Assembly: GCA_963810285.1 (NCBI GenBank)
Contig: CAWEMV010000002.1
Location: 2,869,643-2,933,642, forward strand
Source: an uncultured Chloroflexia bacterium
GTDB lineage: Bacteria; Chloroflexota; Limnocylindria; Limnocylindrales; CSP1-4
DNA length: 64,000 bases
Direction: 5' to 3'
The translations under genes and the position numbers were made by a program. The notes below the pieces were generated by a model, which was not told where the DNA came from, made no database searches, and saw nothing but the letters and a program-made list of their open reading frames with translations. Below, in pieces: positions 42,781 through 52,006 of the stretch (the first letter of the stretch is position 1; the number at the start of each line of letters is the position of its first letter).

Positions 42781-45700
42781 TCAGGCGCTCGTGAGGCGCA
42801 GCTCGACCAGCCCGTCGCCCAGCTGCCGGCGGACCTCGGCGAGCAGCTCGGCGTCGTAAGCGACGCCCCAGCGCAGCTCCATGGGCAATGCCTGCCCGCC
42901 GCCCGGTGCCGGGACGTGGAGGACCACGCGGGTCCCACCCGGCCGATCGCGAAGCAGCACCTTGACCGTCTCCATTGCCCGGATCAGCCGATCGGAGCCG
43001 GCCCCATCCTCGAACCGGACGTGGAGCACGGCCTCTGGACCGGCCGCGACCGGCACGTCGGCCGTCGCATCCCCGACGATCCGGGCGCGGGCCTCGTCGG
43101 GCACCGCCGGCTCGTCGTCGACATCGCCGTCGCCGTTGCGCCCGATGGCGCCCGGCGCCTCGAGGTAGGTCGGCACCGGCTCGCCGGGCTGGATCCGCGG
43201 GATCGCATCGGGCGGCAGCGCCCGACCGTCGGCCTCCTCGCGGCGCGGCGACACGAACGCCGTCGGCGACGCGGCCACCGGCGCGACTGCCGCGGCCGTC
43301 GCCGGTCCCGGCCCGACCGCGACCGGCGTCCGGCGGAACGACCCGTTGCGGCCGCTTCTGTCCCCCGCCGCCACGTCCCGGGCGAACTCCTCGGGTCCGC
43401 GCGCCGCGGCGTCGTCCCAGTCGGCGACAAGATCGGCGAGCAGGGAGATCTCCTCCCCCTTGTGGTCGACCCGGCCGGCGATGAGCAGGATCGCCCCGTC
43501 GCCGAGCAGCGGCCGCGTCGTCTCGTACAGCCGGGGGAACACCACGACCTCGATCGAGCCCTGCAGGTCCTCGAGCGTGACGATCGCCATCGGTTCCTGG
43601 CGCTTCGTGATGACCGTGCGCATCCCGGTCACGATGCCGCCGATCACCACCCGCTGCCCATCCAGCGTCTCGTCTTTGAGGTCGCCCGAATAGGCGTTGA
43701 CGAATCGGCCGACCTGCTCCGCGACCTCGCCCATCGGGTGTTCGGACAGGTACAGGCCGAGGAGTTCCTTCTCCCAGCGCAGGCGCTCGCGGACCGGCAC
43801 CTCGGTCGCGGCGGGCAGTGGCCGCTCGAACGCATCGGCATCGGCCGACCCGAGGTCGAACAGCGAGGTCTGGCCGGTGATGCGGTCGCGCTGCGTCACC
43901 TGCGCGGCACCGATCGCGTCATCGAGGCCGAGCAACAGCTGCGCCGGATGGCCGAAGGCCCGGAGCGCGCCGACCTTGATCAGCGCCTCGAGCACCTTGC
44001 GGTTGGCGAGTCGCAGGTCGATGCGCGTGCAGAAGTCGGTCAGCGAGCGGAACTCGCCGCCTTCCTGGCGTGCCGCGATGATCGACTCGATCGCTCCCTG
44101 GCCGACGTTCTTCACCGCCAGCAGGCCGAAGCGGACGGCGTCGCCCTCGACGGTGAACTCGAGGTGGCTGGCGTGGACGTCGGGCGGCCGGACCTCGATG
44201 CCCATGCGGCGGCATTCGGCCACCGCGGCGGCGACCTTCTCCTCGTTCGCACGGAACGCGGTCAGCACGGCCGTCATGTAGTCGACCGTGTGGTTCGCCT
44301 TCATGTACGCGGTCTGGTAGGCGATCAGGCCGTAGCACGTGGCGTGGGCCTTGTTGAAGCCATAGCGCTCGAACGGCTCGAACGCCTTGAACACGGCGTC
44401 GATCGTCGCGGCCGGCACGCCCCGCTCGGCGGCCTGGCTGACGAACCGCTCCTTCTGCGCCCGCAGGACGCTCGACTTCTTCTTGCGGATCGCGTACCCG
44501 AGGGTGTCCGCCTCCGGGCCGCTGAACCCGCCGAGGGCCACGGCCGCGGACATGATGTCCTCCTGGTACACGAAGATCCCGTACGTCTTCTCGAGGTACG
44601 GCTCGAGCAGCGGGTGCAGGTAGGTCACCGGCTCCTGTCCGTGCTTGCGGCGGATGTAGGCCGGGATGTTGTCCATCGGTCCGGGTCGGTAGAGGGCGAC
44701 CATCGCGGCCAGGTCGTAGACGCTCGTCGGCCGCAGCTCGCGGACGTAGCGGCGCATGCCCGCCGACTCGAGCTGGAAGATGCCGGTGGTCTCGCCCGAG
44801 GCGAGCAGCTCGAAGGTCGGGCCGTCGTCGAGCGGGATCCTGTCGAGGTCGATCGTCACCCCTCGGTTCTCGAGCACGAAGTCGACCGCCTGGCGGAGGA
44901 TCGTCAGGTTCGACAGCCCCAGGAAGTCGAACTTGAGCAGCCCGAGCGCCTCGATCGCGTGCATCTCGTACTGCGTCATCAGGCTGTCCGAGTTGGTCGC
45001 CCGCTGGAGCGGCATCAGCTCCGTCAGCGGCTCGCGGCTGATGACGACGCCGGCGGCATGGGTCGAGGCGTTGCGGGCGACGCCCTCGAGGTGCTGCGCG
45101 AAGTCGATGATCCGCTTGACGCCAGGATCGGCGTCGACCTGCTCGCGCAGGGCCGGGCTGATCTGGAGCGCCTCCTCGAGCCTGATCCCGAGCTGGTTCG
45201 GCACGGCCTTCGCGACCCGGTCGACCTCGCCGTAGCTGTGACCCAGGACGCGCCCGACGTCGCGGATGGCGGCCCGAGCGAGCATCGTGCCGAACGTGAT
45301 GATCTGGGCGACGTGGTCCTGGCCGTACTTGCGCCCGACGTACGCGATCACCTCGTCGCGCCGCCCGTCCTCGAAGTCGACGTCGATGTCGGGCATCGTC
45401 ACCCGGTCCGGATTGAGGAACCGCTCGAACGGGAGCTGGTAAAGGATCGGGTCGACCGGGGTGATCCCGAGCGTGTAGGTCACGATGCTGCCGGGCGCCG
45501 AGCCACGGCACGTCGTCTGGATGCCCTCCTCGCGGGCGAAGCGGATGAAGTCCGCGACGATGAGGAAGTAGCCGGCGTACCCCATCGAGGTGATGACGCC
45601 GAGCTCGTAATCGAGCCGCGCCTGGAGCTCCGGCGTGACGGTGCCGTACCGGCGAGCGAGGCCGGCCTGGCACTCCGTGCGCAACCACGACTCGACGGTC

Positions 45701-46587
45701 TCGCCGTCGGGCACCGGGAAGTGCGGGATGCGCAGCTGTCCGAGCGGCAGGGCCAGGTCGGTCATCTCGGCGATCCGTCGGGTCGTCAGGATCGCATCGT
45801 GCTGGTCGGGAAAGAGGTCGGCCATCTGGGCGGCCGTCTTGACGTAGAACTCGTGGGTCTCGAACTTGAGCCGGCCCGGCGTGTCGAGGTTGTTGCCGGT
45901 GCCGACGCAGAGCAGCACGTCGTGCGCGTCGGACTGCTCGGCTCGGACGTAGTGCAGGTCGTTGGTGACGACCAGTGGCAGCCCTGTGTCGCCGGACAGC
46001 TGCAGCAGCTGGCCGTTCAGCCGGGCCTGCTCGGGCAGCCCGTGGTCCTGGAGCTCGAGGTAGAAGCCGTCCGGGCCGAAGATGTCGCCGTACTCGCCGG
46101 CGACCTGGCGGGCGAGCTCGCGGTCGTCGACCTCCAGTGCCTTGGCGACCTCGCCGCCCAGACAGGCCGAGAGCCCGATCAGCCCCTCGGCGTGGCGGGC
46201 GAGATGCTCACGGTCGATGCGCGGCTTGTAGTAGTAGCCGTCGACGTGCGCGTCGGTGACCAGGCGGCACAGGTTGCGGTACCCGGTCGCGTCCTTGGCC
46301 AGGAGGATCAGGTGGAAGGGCTGGCTGTCGGCCTTGCCCTCCTTCGACGTCATCGAGCGCGGGGCGACGTACGTCTCGACGCCGACGATCGGCTTGATGC
46401 CCTTGGCCGTGGCGGCCTGGTAGAAGGCCACCGCGCCGTACAGCGCGCCGTGGTCGGTGAGGGCCATCGAGTCCATGCCCGCGGCGGCGGCCGCGTCGAC
46501 CAGCTCGGTGATCCGGCCGAGGCCGTCCAGCAGGCTGAATTCGGAGTGGACGTGGAGGTGGGTGAAGTCGTTCGGCGCGAGGGTCAC
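42781..46587 (-). CDS. dnaE: DNA polymerase III alpha subunit
   Basis: The GTG at 46587 gives VTLAPNDFTHLHVHSEFSLLDG (PHD-type PHP domain). It also has GLLKFDFLGL and an OB fold. TAGACT lies 8 nt upstream. The upstream 144 aa of the 1412-aa ORF are shadow sequence. Confidence 0.95.
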   Translation of the reverse strand: MTLAPNDFTHLHVHSEFSLLDGLGRITELVDAAAAAGMDSMALTDHGALYGAVAFYQAATAKGIKPIVGVETYVAPRSMTSKEGKADSQPFHLILLAKDATGYRNLCRLVTDAHVDGYYYKPRIDREHLARHAEGLIGLSACLGGEVAKALEVDDRELARQVAGEYGDIFGPDGFYLELQDHGLPEQARLNGQLLQLSGDTGLPLVVTNDLHYVRAEQSDAHDVLLCVGTGNNLDTPGRLKFETHEFYVKTAAQMADLFPDQHDAILTTRRIAEMTDLALPLGQLRIPHFPVPDGETVESWLRTECQAGLARRYGTVTPELQARLDYELGVITSMGYAGYFLIVADFIRFAREEGIQTTCRGSAPGSIVTYTLGITPVDPILYQLPFERFLNPDRVTMPDIDVDFEDGRRDEVIAYVGRKYGQDHVAQIITFGTMLARAAIRDVGRVLGHSYGEVDRVAKAVPNQLGIRLEEALQISPALREQVDADPGVKRIIDFAQHLEGVARNASTHAAGVVISREPLTELMPLQRATNSDSLMTQYEMHAIEALGLLKFDFLGLSNLTILRQAVDFVLENRGVTIDLDRIPLDDGPTFELLASGETTGIFQLESAGMRRYVRELRPTSVYDLAAMVALYRPGPMDNIPAYIRRKHGQEPVTYLHPLLEPYLEKTYGIFVYQEDIMSAAVALGGFSGPEADTLGYAIRKKKSSVLRAQKERFVSQAAERGVPAATIDAVFKAFEPFERYGFNKAHATCYGLIAYQTAYMKANHTVDYMTAVLTAFRANEEKVAAAVAECRRMGIEVRPPDVHASHLEFTVEGDAVRFGLLAVKNVGQGAIESIIAARQEGGEFRSLTDFCTRIDLRLANRKVLEALIKVGALRAFGHPAQLLLGLDDAIGAAQVTQRDRITGQTSLFDLGSADADAFERPLPAATEVPVRERLRWEKELLGLYLSEHPMGEVAEQVGRFVNAYSGDLKDETLDGQRVVIGGIVTGMRTVITKRQEPMAIVTLEDLQGSIEVVVFPRLYETTRPLLGDGAILLIAGRVDHKGEEISLLADLVADWDDAAARGPEEFARDVAAGDRSGRNGSFRRTPVAVGPGPATAAAVAPVAASPTAFVSPRREEADGRALPPDAIPRIQPGEPVPTYLEAPGAIGRNGDGDVDDEPAVPDEARARIVGDATADVPVAAGPEAVLHVRFEDGAGSDRLIRAMETVKVLLRDRPGGTRVVLHVPAPGGGQALPMELRWGVAYDAELLAEVRRQLGDGLVELRLTSA

Positions 46588-46601
46588 GGAGGGCAAGTCT
46601 A
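46588..46601 (-). promoter_or_regulatory. dnaE -10 box (TAGACT) 8 nt from the GTG start
   Basis: The minus strand reads gGTAGACTtgccctccGTG. No SD is present. Confidence 0.5.
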
Positions 46602-46627
46602 CCGGGCGCGGGTCGGCCCGGTCGGAC

Positions 46628-49600
46628 TCAGACCGGGACCGTGCAGACGAACGAGAGCCGGTACTCGACGCGCGTCGTCGGGGTCCATGTCGCGCCCACC
46701 GCGACCGGGTAGGACGAGCCCGGGACGGCCGCCGCGAGGATGATCCCGCCGGACGATGCGACCGGAGGCGGCATGCTCCCGCTGCCGATGAGGACGTCGT
46801 CGACGGTGAGGTTGACCGCCCCTCCGGCGGTGGCTCCGAACCGGATCCGGTCGGCCGACGTCGTCCACGTGCCGTTCGACATGCTCGCGAATGGAGCGCC
46901 GAAGGTGCCGCCGTCCGGGGCGAGGTATGCCGCCAGGATGGCGTTACCGCCCGTCCCTCTGGCCTGGCGGAACCCGATGCGGTAGGTGCTGCCGACCTGG
47001 AGCGGGCTGGACTCGGCACCGACCGCGGTCGAGTTGTTGCGCAGTCGGAGCCGCCCCGCGGCGGACAGGGTCAGGTTACCGAGGGTCACGCCCGCATTCG
47101 AGAGGATCGCGATCCGTGGCGTTCCGGTCGGCAATCCGACGACCCGCATCCGCATCGAGACCCAGGTATCGGCGGTGGCAGGGAATCCCTCCTGGAGGTA
47201 GCCGGTCGAATTGGCGAAGCGGGCGGACGCCGTTCCGTGGATCGGCGACGCAGCCTCGAGGGTCACCACACCGGTCATGCTGTCGACGCCGGTCGTCGGA
47301 TCGAGGAGGCCCCCCTCGAACGTGATCGAACGGATCGCGCTCCCGCCAGGCGGGGTCGGGGTCGGCGTGGGCGTCGGGGTCGGCGTGGGCGTCGGGGTCG
47401 GGGTCGGCGTGGGCGTCGGGGTCGGAGTCGGCGTGGGTGTCGGGGTCGGAGTCGCGGTGGGGGTCGGGGTGGGAGTCGGTGTCGGGGTGGGAGTCGGACC
47501 GGCACCGCCGCCCACCGTCACGCGGAGCTGCGGCGCGTTGGCTGACTCGCCACTCGCATAGATGACGCTGTTGGCGTTGCCGGCCATGACGACGAAGGCC
47601 CGCGGACCGTCGCCGGTCACGGCGCTGGGCGGCAACGCGACGTCGACCCATCCACCGGCCGTCACCGGGCCGAGCGTCGCGAGGGGTGATCCGGTCGGTG
47701 GCGGCGCGTTGTTCCAGGTGATCCCGGTCTCAGTCCACGCGCTGCTCGTCGCGTACACGGTGCCACCGTGCGGACCGGCATCGGTGACGTTGAGCCGCAG
47801 CGTGACGCCAGTCACGGCGCGACCGGCCAGGCCCGTGACGTCGAAGCGCAGGTGGCTGTTCTGGGAGGTGGTGTTCGAGGCATTCCCCTGGCGGAGGAGG
47901 AGGTCCGCCGTGGTCCCGTAGTTCTTCGTGGGGTTCGTGTTCTTCACGTACGCGTCGGCCATCGGCGCGAACGGAAGCGTCTCGGCGGTCTGGCCGCTCG
48001 GCGCCAGGCTGAAGTCGAGGGTGGCATAGCTGCCGCCATTGATGACGGCCGTGGCCGTCGCGGTGACGTGACCAGATGCCGAGGCCGTGACCGAGTAGCT
48101 GCCCGGCGGCAGGTCGATCCGGTAGCGGCCCTGGTCGTCGGTCGTCGTGGTCTGTCCCGTGTTGACGGCAACGGACGCCCCGACGAGCGGGGTGGTCGTG
48201 ACGGCATCGCGTACCTCGCCGGTCACGAAGGTCGTGGTCGCCGCCATCGCGACGTCGAGCGTCGTCGTCTGGTCGGCGTGCACCACGACCGTCCGATCGT
48301 CGCTCACGTAGCCGGATGCCGCGAAGGTCAGCTGGTGCGAACCTGCGGCGAGCCCCTGGATCGCGTAGTGGCCGGTCGAATCTGTGATCGTGACGCCGCC
48401 CGGGTAGCCGACCGTCACGCCGGGCAACGGGTCGCCGTTCGATGCTTTCCTCACCACGCCGGCGACATCGCCTGGGCGTGCCATCGCGACATCAAGGGTC
48501 GATGTGTCCCCACCCGTGACGAGCTGTTGGCGGGTAACAGTCGCGTATCCGGCCGCCTGGAAGGTGACGTTCACCTCGCCGGCCGGGACGTCGGAGAGGA
48601 TGTACTGACCGTCGTCGTCGGTGGTGGCCGACCGTCCACTGGTCGAGACACTCACCCCGTCGATCGGGGCGGAGGTCGAAGCATCCGTGACCGTGCCGAC
48701 GATCGTCCCCGGCTCTAGTGCGGCGGCCGTGCCGATACGTACCCACGAGGCCACCGACGGAACGCCGGTCGAGTTCTTCAGGACGAGCATGTAGTCCCCG
48801 GGCGGGGCCACGCCGCCTGACGCCGGAGCGGTCGCGACGAGCGTGGTTCCGGAGCGCGTGAACGCCAGCGGGACGTATCGCTGGTTCATGTCGAGGGCAT
48901 GCGTTGCCGCCGTCGGGCGCAGGAGCGCGACCGACGTCACGGACGCCGCCTGGGGACTCGAGATCGCGAACGTTGTGCCGTAGGCGGCCGTGCCCGGGGC
49001 TGACGAGATCGTCGGCCGCGACCCGTTGAACAGGTACGGAGGCGAGTACACCTGGGCTCGAAGCCTGCCGCTCGCCTCACCGCCCCCGACGACCACGCGT
49101 CCATCCGGCAGGAGGACCGCCGACGAGTGGTACATGCGCGCCTCGCCCATCGAGGCGACCGTCGTCCACGCCTCCGTCGTCGGGTTCCAGATCTCACCTT
49201 GCAGGACCGCGGCGGCCTCGCTGTCGGACTGCCCGGTCCCGCCGATCGCCATCACGCTGCCGTCGGCCAGGATCGTCAGGTTCATGCGCCGCCGCGCGAA
49301 CGACATCGGGGCGATCTCGCGCCACGCCGGGCTCGCCACGGTCATGTCGACGACCGCGGATCGTGCGTGCGCGGGGTCACCACCGCCGGCCCGCAGGATC
49401 TTGCCCGGCAGGTACATGACGGCCGATTCCGAGTACCCACTCGTGGCGTACGGGGCGGTCGGTCCGGCCGTCCAGCTGCCGGCGCCGGAGACGTTGATCG
49501 TGGCAGTCCCGGTCTTCGAGCCCGCCTCGTAGGTACGGCCGTTGGGCAGGACGAACATGAACGGGTAGAGACCCTGATCGCGCACGGCACCGGTCAGCCG

Positions 49601-50251
49601 GGTCCAGCTGTCGGTAGCCGGGTCGTACAGCTCGGGCACGGTGGATCGCGTTCCGTCGGGTGCGTCGCCAGATGTCGCGAGCACACGCCCGTCGGGCAGG
49701 GTCGTGCTCGTCGCGTACCAGCGCAGGTCGGTCATGTCGGCGCCGCGCGTCCAGGTCTGGGTCACGGGATCGAACAGCGCCGTGATGTTCGTCCCGTCGT
49801 GCGGCGACCCGTTCTGCCCGCCAACCACGATGACTCGCCCGTCCGCCAGCGTCGACTGTCCGGCGCAATGCAGGTCGCCGAATGTCGCCGGCGCCAGGGT
49901 GAACGTCCCTGTCGTCGGGTTCCAGACGCGGGCGTTGTCACCGGTGGACCAGACCAGCACCTTGCCGGTCGACAGGGTGGCCATGTGCTTGGCCTGGACG
50001 CCCCAGTCGAGCAGCGGGCCCCACTCGCCCGAGTCGATCGGCGCGGCCGCGATGGCGCGATCAGCTTCAGTCGCCGGCTGGGCGACCGCCGTCAGGCCAT
50101 CGGCCGGCGGCGGCGCGGCCACGATCGAACCGGCGCCGGCCGACACCGGCCAGATCGTCGTGGCGACCAGCAGCGCGACGACCACAACCACCCGTGCGTG
50201 CACACGGCCAAGTGGTGACGTGACGGTTCCCCCCATACGTACCGGTCGCAC
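46628..50251 (-). CDS. Secreted multidomain copper-radical oxidase (galactose/glyoxal oxidase-like Kelch propeller + DUF1929 + 3 CarboxypepD_reg-like domains + DNRLRE-like domain + (TP)n linker + C-terminal beta-sandwich)
   Basis: It has a signal peptide. All radical-copper ligand contexts are present: DLHCAGQS, LRWYATST, RMYHSSAVLLPDGRV and AATHALDMNQR. The DUF1929-like segment is YSPPYLFNGSRPTI...PPGDYMLVL. The start is either the GTG at 50251 or the ATG at 50236. Confidence 0.8.
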   Translation of the reverse strand: MRPVRMGGTVTSPLGRVHARVVVVVALLVATTIWPVSAGAGSIVAAPPPADGLTAVAQPATEADRAIAAAPIDSGEWGPLLDWGVQAKHMATLSTGKVLVWSTGDNARVWNPTTGTFTLAPATFGDLHCAGQSTLADGRVIVVGGQNGSPHDGTNITALFDPVTQTWTRGADMTDLRWYATSTTLPDGRVLATSGDAPDGTRSTVPELYDPATDSWTRLTGAVRDQGLYPFMFVLPNGRTYEAGSKTGTATINVSGAGSWTAGPTAPYATSGYSESAVMYLPGKILRAGGGDPAHARSAVVDMTVASPAWREIAPMSFARRRMNLTILADGSVMAIGGTGQSDSEAAAVLQGEIWNPTTEAWTTVASMGEARMYHSSAVLLPDGRVVVGGGEASGRLRAQVYSPPYLFNGSRPTISSAPGTAAYGTTFAISSPQAASVTSVALLRPTAATHALDMNQRYVPLAFTRSGTTLVATAPASGGVAPPGDYMLVLKNSTGVPSVASWVRIGTAAALEPGTIVGTVTDASTSAPIDGVSVSTSGRSATTDDDGQYILSDVPAGEVNVTFQAAGYATVTRQQLVTGGDTSTLDVAMARPGDVAGVVRKASNGDPLPGVTVGYPGGVTITDSTGHYAIQGLAAGSHQLTFAASGYVSDDRTVVVHADQTTTLDVAMAATTTFVTGEVRDAVTTTPLVGASVAVNTGQTTTTDDQGRYRIDLPPGSYSVTASASGHVTATATAVINGGSYATLDFSLAPSGQTAETLPFAPMADAYVKNTNPTKNYGTTADLLLRQGNASNTTSQNSHLRFDVTGLAGRAVTGVTLRLNVTDAGPHGGTVYATSSAWTETGITWNNAPPPTGSPLATLGPVTAGGWVDVALPPSAVTGDGPRAFVVMAGNANSVIYASGESANAPQLRVTVGGGAGPTPTPTPTPTPTPTATPTPTPTPTPTPTPTPTPTPTPTPTPTPTPTPTPPGGSAIRSITFEGGLLDPTTGVDSMTGVVTLEAASPIHGTASARFANSTGYLQEGFPATADTWVSMRMRVVGLPTGTPRIAILSNAGVTLGNLTLSAAGRLRLRNNSTAVGAESSPLQVGSTYRIGFRQARGTGGNAILAAYLAPDGGTFGAPFASMSNGTWTTSADRIRFGATAGGAVNLTVDDVLIGSGSMPPPVASSGGIILAAAVPGSSYPVAVGATWTPTTRVEYRLSFVCTVPV
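47354..47497 (-). repeat. Coding hexanucleotide repeat (GGBGTC)n encoding a 48-aa (Thr-Pro)n linker
   Basis: The plus strand reads ggggtcggcgtgggcgtc... iterated. On the minus strand it translates to PTPTPTPTPTPTATPTPT.... Confidence 0.9.
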
Positions 50252-50347
50252 CCCTTCGCGCCGGTTGACAACATCCTAGCGACCAGTGTTTCCGGGCGAT
50301 CAACCGATCCGACGAGACGTTGCGCCGACGCAACGAAATCTTTGGTC

Positions 50348-50944
50348 CTAGCCCGTGAGCAGGCCCTCGACGACCGGTGCGATGCGCTCCACCCACAGCG
50401 CGTACTGGGCGCCGCTCGGATGGAGGCCATCCGACGCGACCAACGCGCGATCGTCCCGGGCGCGCAGCGACAGGTCGAACGTGTCCACGAACGCGATCCC
50501 CGCCGCGGTCGCGAGGCGGGCCATGGTCGCGTTGTTCGCGACGATCCCGCGGTGTCGCTGCGCGGGATCGCCGTAGTCGGCGCCGGCCGGTGTCGCCGTG
50601 TAATCCGGGATCGCGACAGTCACGATCCGCGTGGCCGGCAGGCGGTCGGTGAGCACGTCGAGGATCGTGACGACGTTGGCCTCGTACGTCTGGGACGGCA
50701 CGCCCTGGACGACGTCGTTGACGCCGATGAGCAGCGTCACGAACTCCGGGGCGAGGGCGTCGAGGGCCGGCAGCTCGTCGCGGATCAGGTCCGCGCTGGT
50801 GTAGCCGTTGACGCCGAGGTTCGCGACCAGCTCCAGCGGGATCGACCTCGCGGCAAGGGTCGTGGCGAGCTGTGCCGGGAAGCCCTCGGCCGGTTCGACC
50901 GATGTCCCGATCGTGTACGAGTCGCCGAGGGCCACGTAGTGCAC
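50348..50944 (-). CDS. SGNH/GDSL-family hydrolase
   Basis: Block I is YVALGDSYT, block III LIGVNDV, and block V SDGLHPS. Confidence 0.8.
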   Translation of the reverse strand: MHYVALGDSYTIGTSVEPAEGFPAQLATTLAARSIPLELVANLGVNGYTSADLIRDELPALDALAPEFVTLLIGVNDVVQGVPSQTYEANVVTILDVLTDRLPATRIVTVAIPDYTATPAGADYGDPAQRHRGIVANNATMARLATAAGIAFVDTFDLSLRARDDRALVASDGLHPSGAQYALWVERIAPVVEGLLTG

Positions 50945-50955
50945 GGTCGTGTCGG

Positions 50956-52002
50956 CTACGGCAGCACCCCGAACGCCTCGATCAGGACCGACTCGAAGCG
51001 TCCGCGATCCACCCGGACGCCGACCTCGGCGTTCGGGCTGCGACCGTCACGCCGGAGCCGGTACGGCAGCCCGTCGCACACGGTCCTGCCGCGAGCCGGG
51101 CCGTCGGTCGTGTCGATCACGACGTGGTAGGGGGCGACGTCGACGAGGTCGGCGATGGCGAGGTGGGCGATGGCGACGGCGTCGTGGATGGCCGTCGTCG
51201 TGCGGCCGCCCCATCCCATGTTGCGGTCGAGCGCGTAATCGGTGAGGTCCGCGGCGATCCGGCCCGATGCGGTGTCGAGACCGCGCAGCGCCTCGGACGA
51301 CGACCGGTCGAGCAGCGCCTGGTGTGTGACGTCCAGGCCCATCATCGTGATCGGGACGCCCGAGCGGAACACGACATCGGCCGCCTCGGGGTCGGCGTAG
51401 ATGTTGAACTCCGCCGACACGGTGGCGTTCCCCTCCCCGATCGAGCCGCCCATGATCGAGAGGTGCGCGATCCGCACGGCAAGCTCTGGGTAGATCCGCA
51501 GGAGGAGCGCGATGTTCGTGAGCGGACCGATGGGCGCGATGGCGACGGGCTCAGGATGCTCGCGCAGCAATCGGGCGATCAGCGCGACCGCGCCGTCCGG
51601 CTGCACCGACGTATCGGTCGACGGCAGCTGGGTGGTCCCGATGCCGCCCTCGCCGTGCACCTCGGTCGCACGGACGACCTCGCCGACGAGCGGCGTCGCG
51701 GCCCCCTCGGCGACCGGGATGTCGTCTCGTCCGAAGGCATGCATCAGTCGCAGCGCGTTCTCCGTGCAGTGGCGGACGTCGGCGTTGCCGCCGACGGTCG
51801 TCACGGCCAGCACGTGGAGCTCCGGTCGCGCAAGCGCGAGACCGATCGCCAGCGCGTCGTCGAGACCCGGGTCGCTGTCGATGATCAGCGGCAGCGGGTG
51901 CTCCACCGTGCCGACCGGCGCGCTCCGTTGGGCGGCCTCGACCCCGAAGAAGGTCGGGACGGCGTGCACGGGTCCCGACCCGTCCGGATAGCCGGCACTC
52001 AC
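50956..52002 (-). CDS. Nucleoside hydrolase (inosine-uridine-preferring family)
   Basis: LIIDSDPGLDDALAI is the DxDxxxDD fingerprint. The GTG at 52002 lies 4 nt after the permease stop. The GTG at 51906 is an alternative start. Confidence 0.85.
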   Translation of the reverse strand: MSAGYPDGSGPVHAVPTFFGVEAAQRSAPVGTVEHPLPLIIDSDPGLDDALAIGLALARPELHVLAVTTVGGNADVRHCTENALRLMHAFGRDDIPVAEGAATPLVGEVVRATEVHGEGGIGTTQLPSTDTSVQPDGAVALIARLLREHPEPVAIAPIGPLTNIALLLRIYPELAVRIAHLSIMGGSIGEGNATVSAEFNIYADPEAADVVFRSGVPITMMGLDVTHQALLDRSSSEALRGLDTASGRIAADLTDYALDRNMGWGGRTTTAIHDAVAIAHLAIADLVDVAPYHVVIDTTDGPARGRTVCDGLPYRLRRDGRSPNAEVGVRVDRGRFESVLIEAFGVLP

Positions 52003-52006
52003 CGGC

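Noticed and set aside
42784-43404. The 207-aa C-terminal extension of DnaE as a novel domain
   Set aside because: DnaE proteins normally carry a clamp-loader/tau-binding domain after the OB fold. Here a disordered Ala/Pro/Asp-rich spacer plus an ~80-aa folded end (VLHVRFEDG...LVELRL) plausibly corresponds to it, so the architecture is not clearly unusual.
47354-47497. A tandem hexanucleotide repeat that could be taken for a CRISPR-like or VNTR element
   Set aside because: The period is 6 nt with no spacers. It lies in frame within the oxidase gene and encodes a (Thr-Pro)n interdomain linker.
50252-50347. A lower-GC pocket upstream of the oxidase gene, with a TTGATC...TAGGAT promoter-like pair and a 7-bp hairpin (50318-50335)
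   Set aside because: The 19-nt spacing is longer than optimal, and the hairpin is short with no U-tract. It is plausibly an ordinary promoter/terminator region, but the evidence is too weak to call as a feature.
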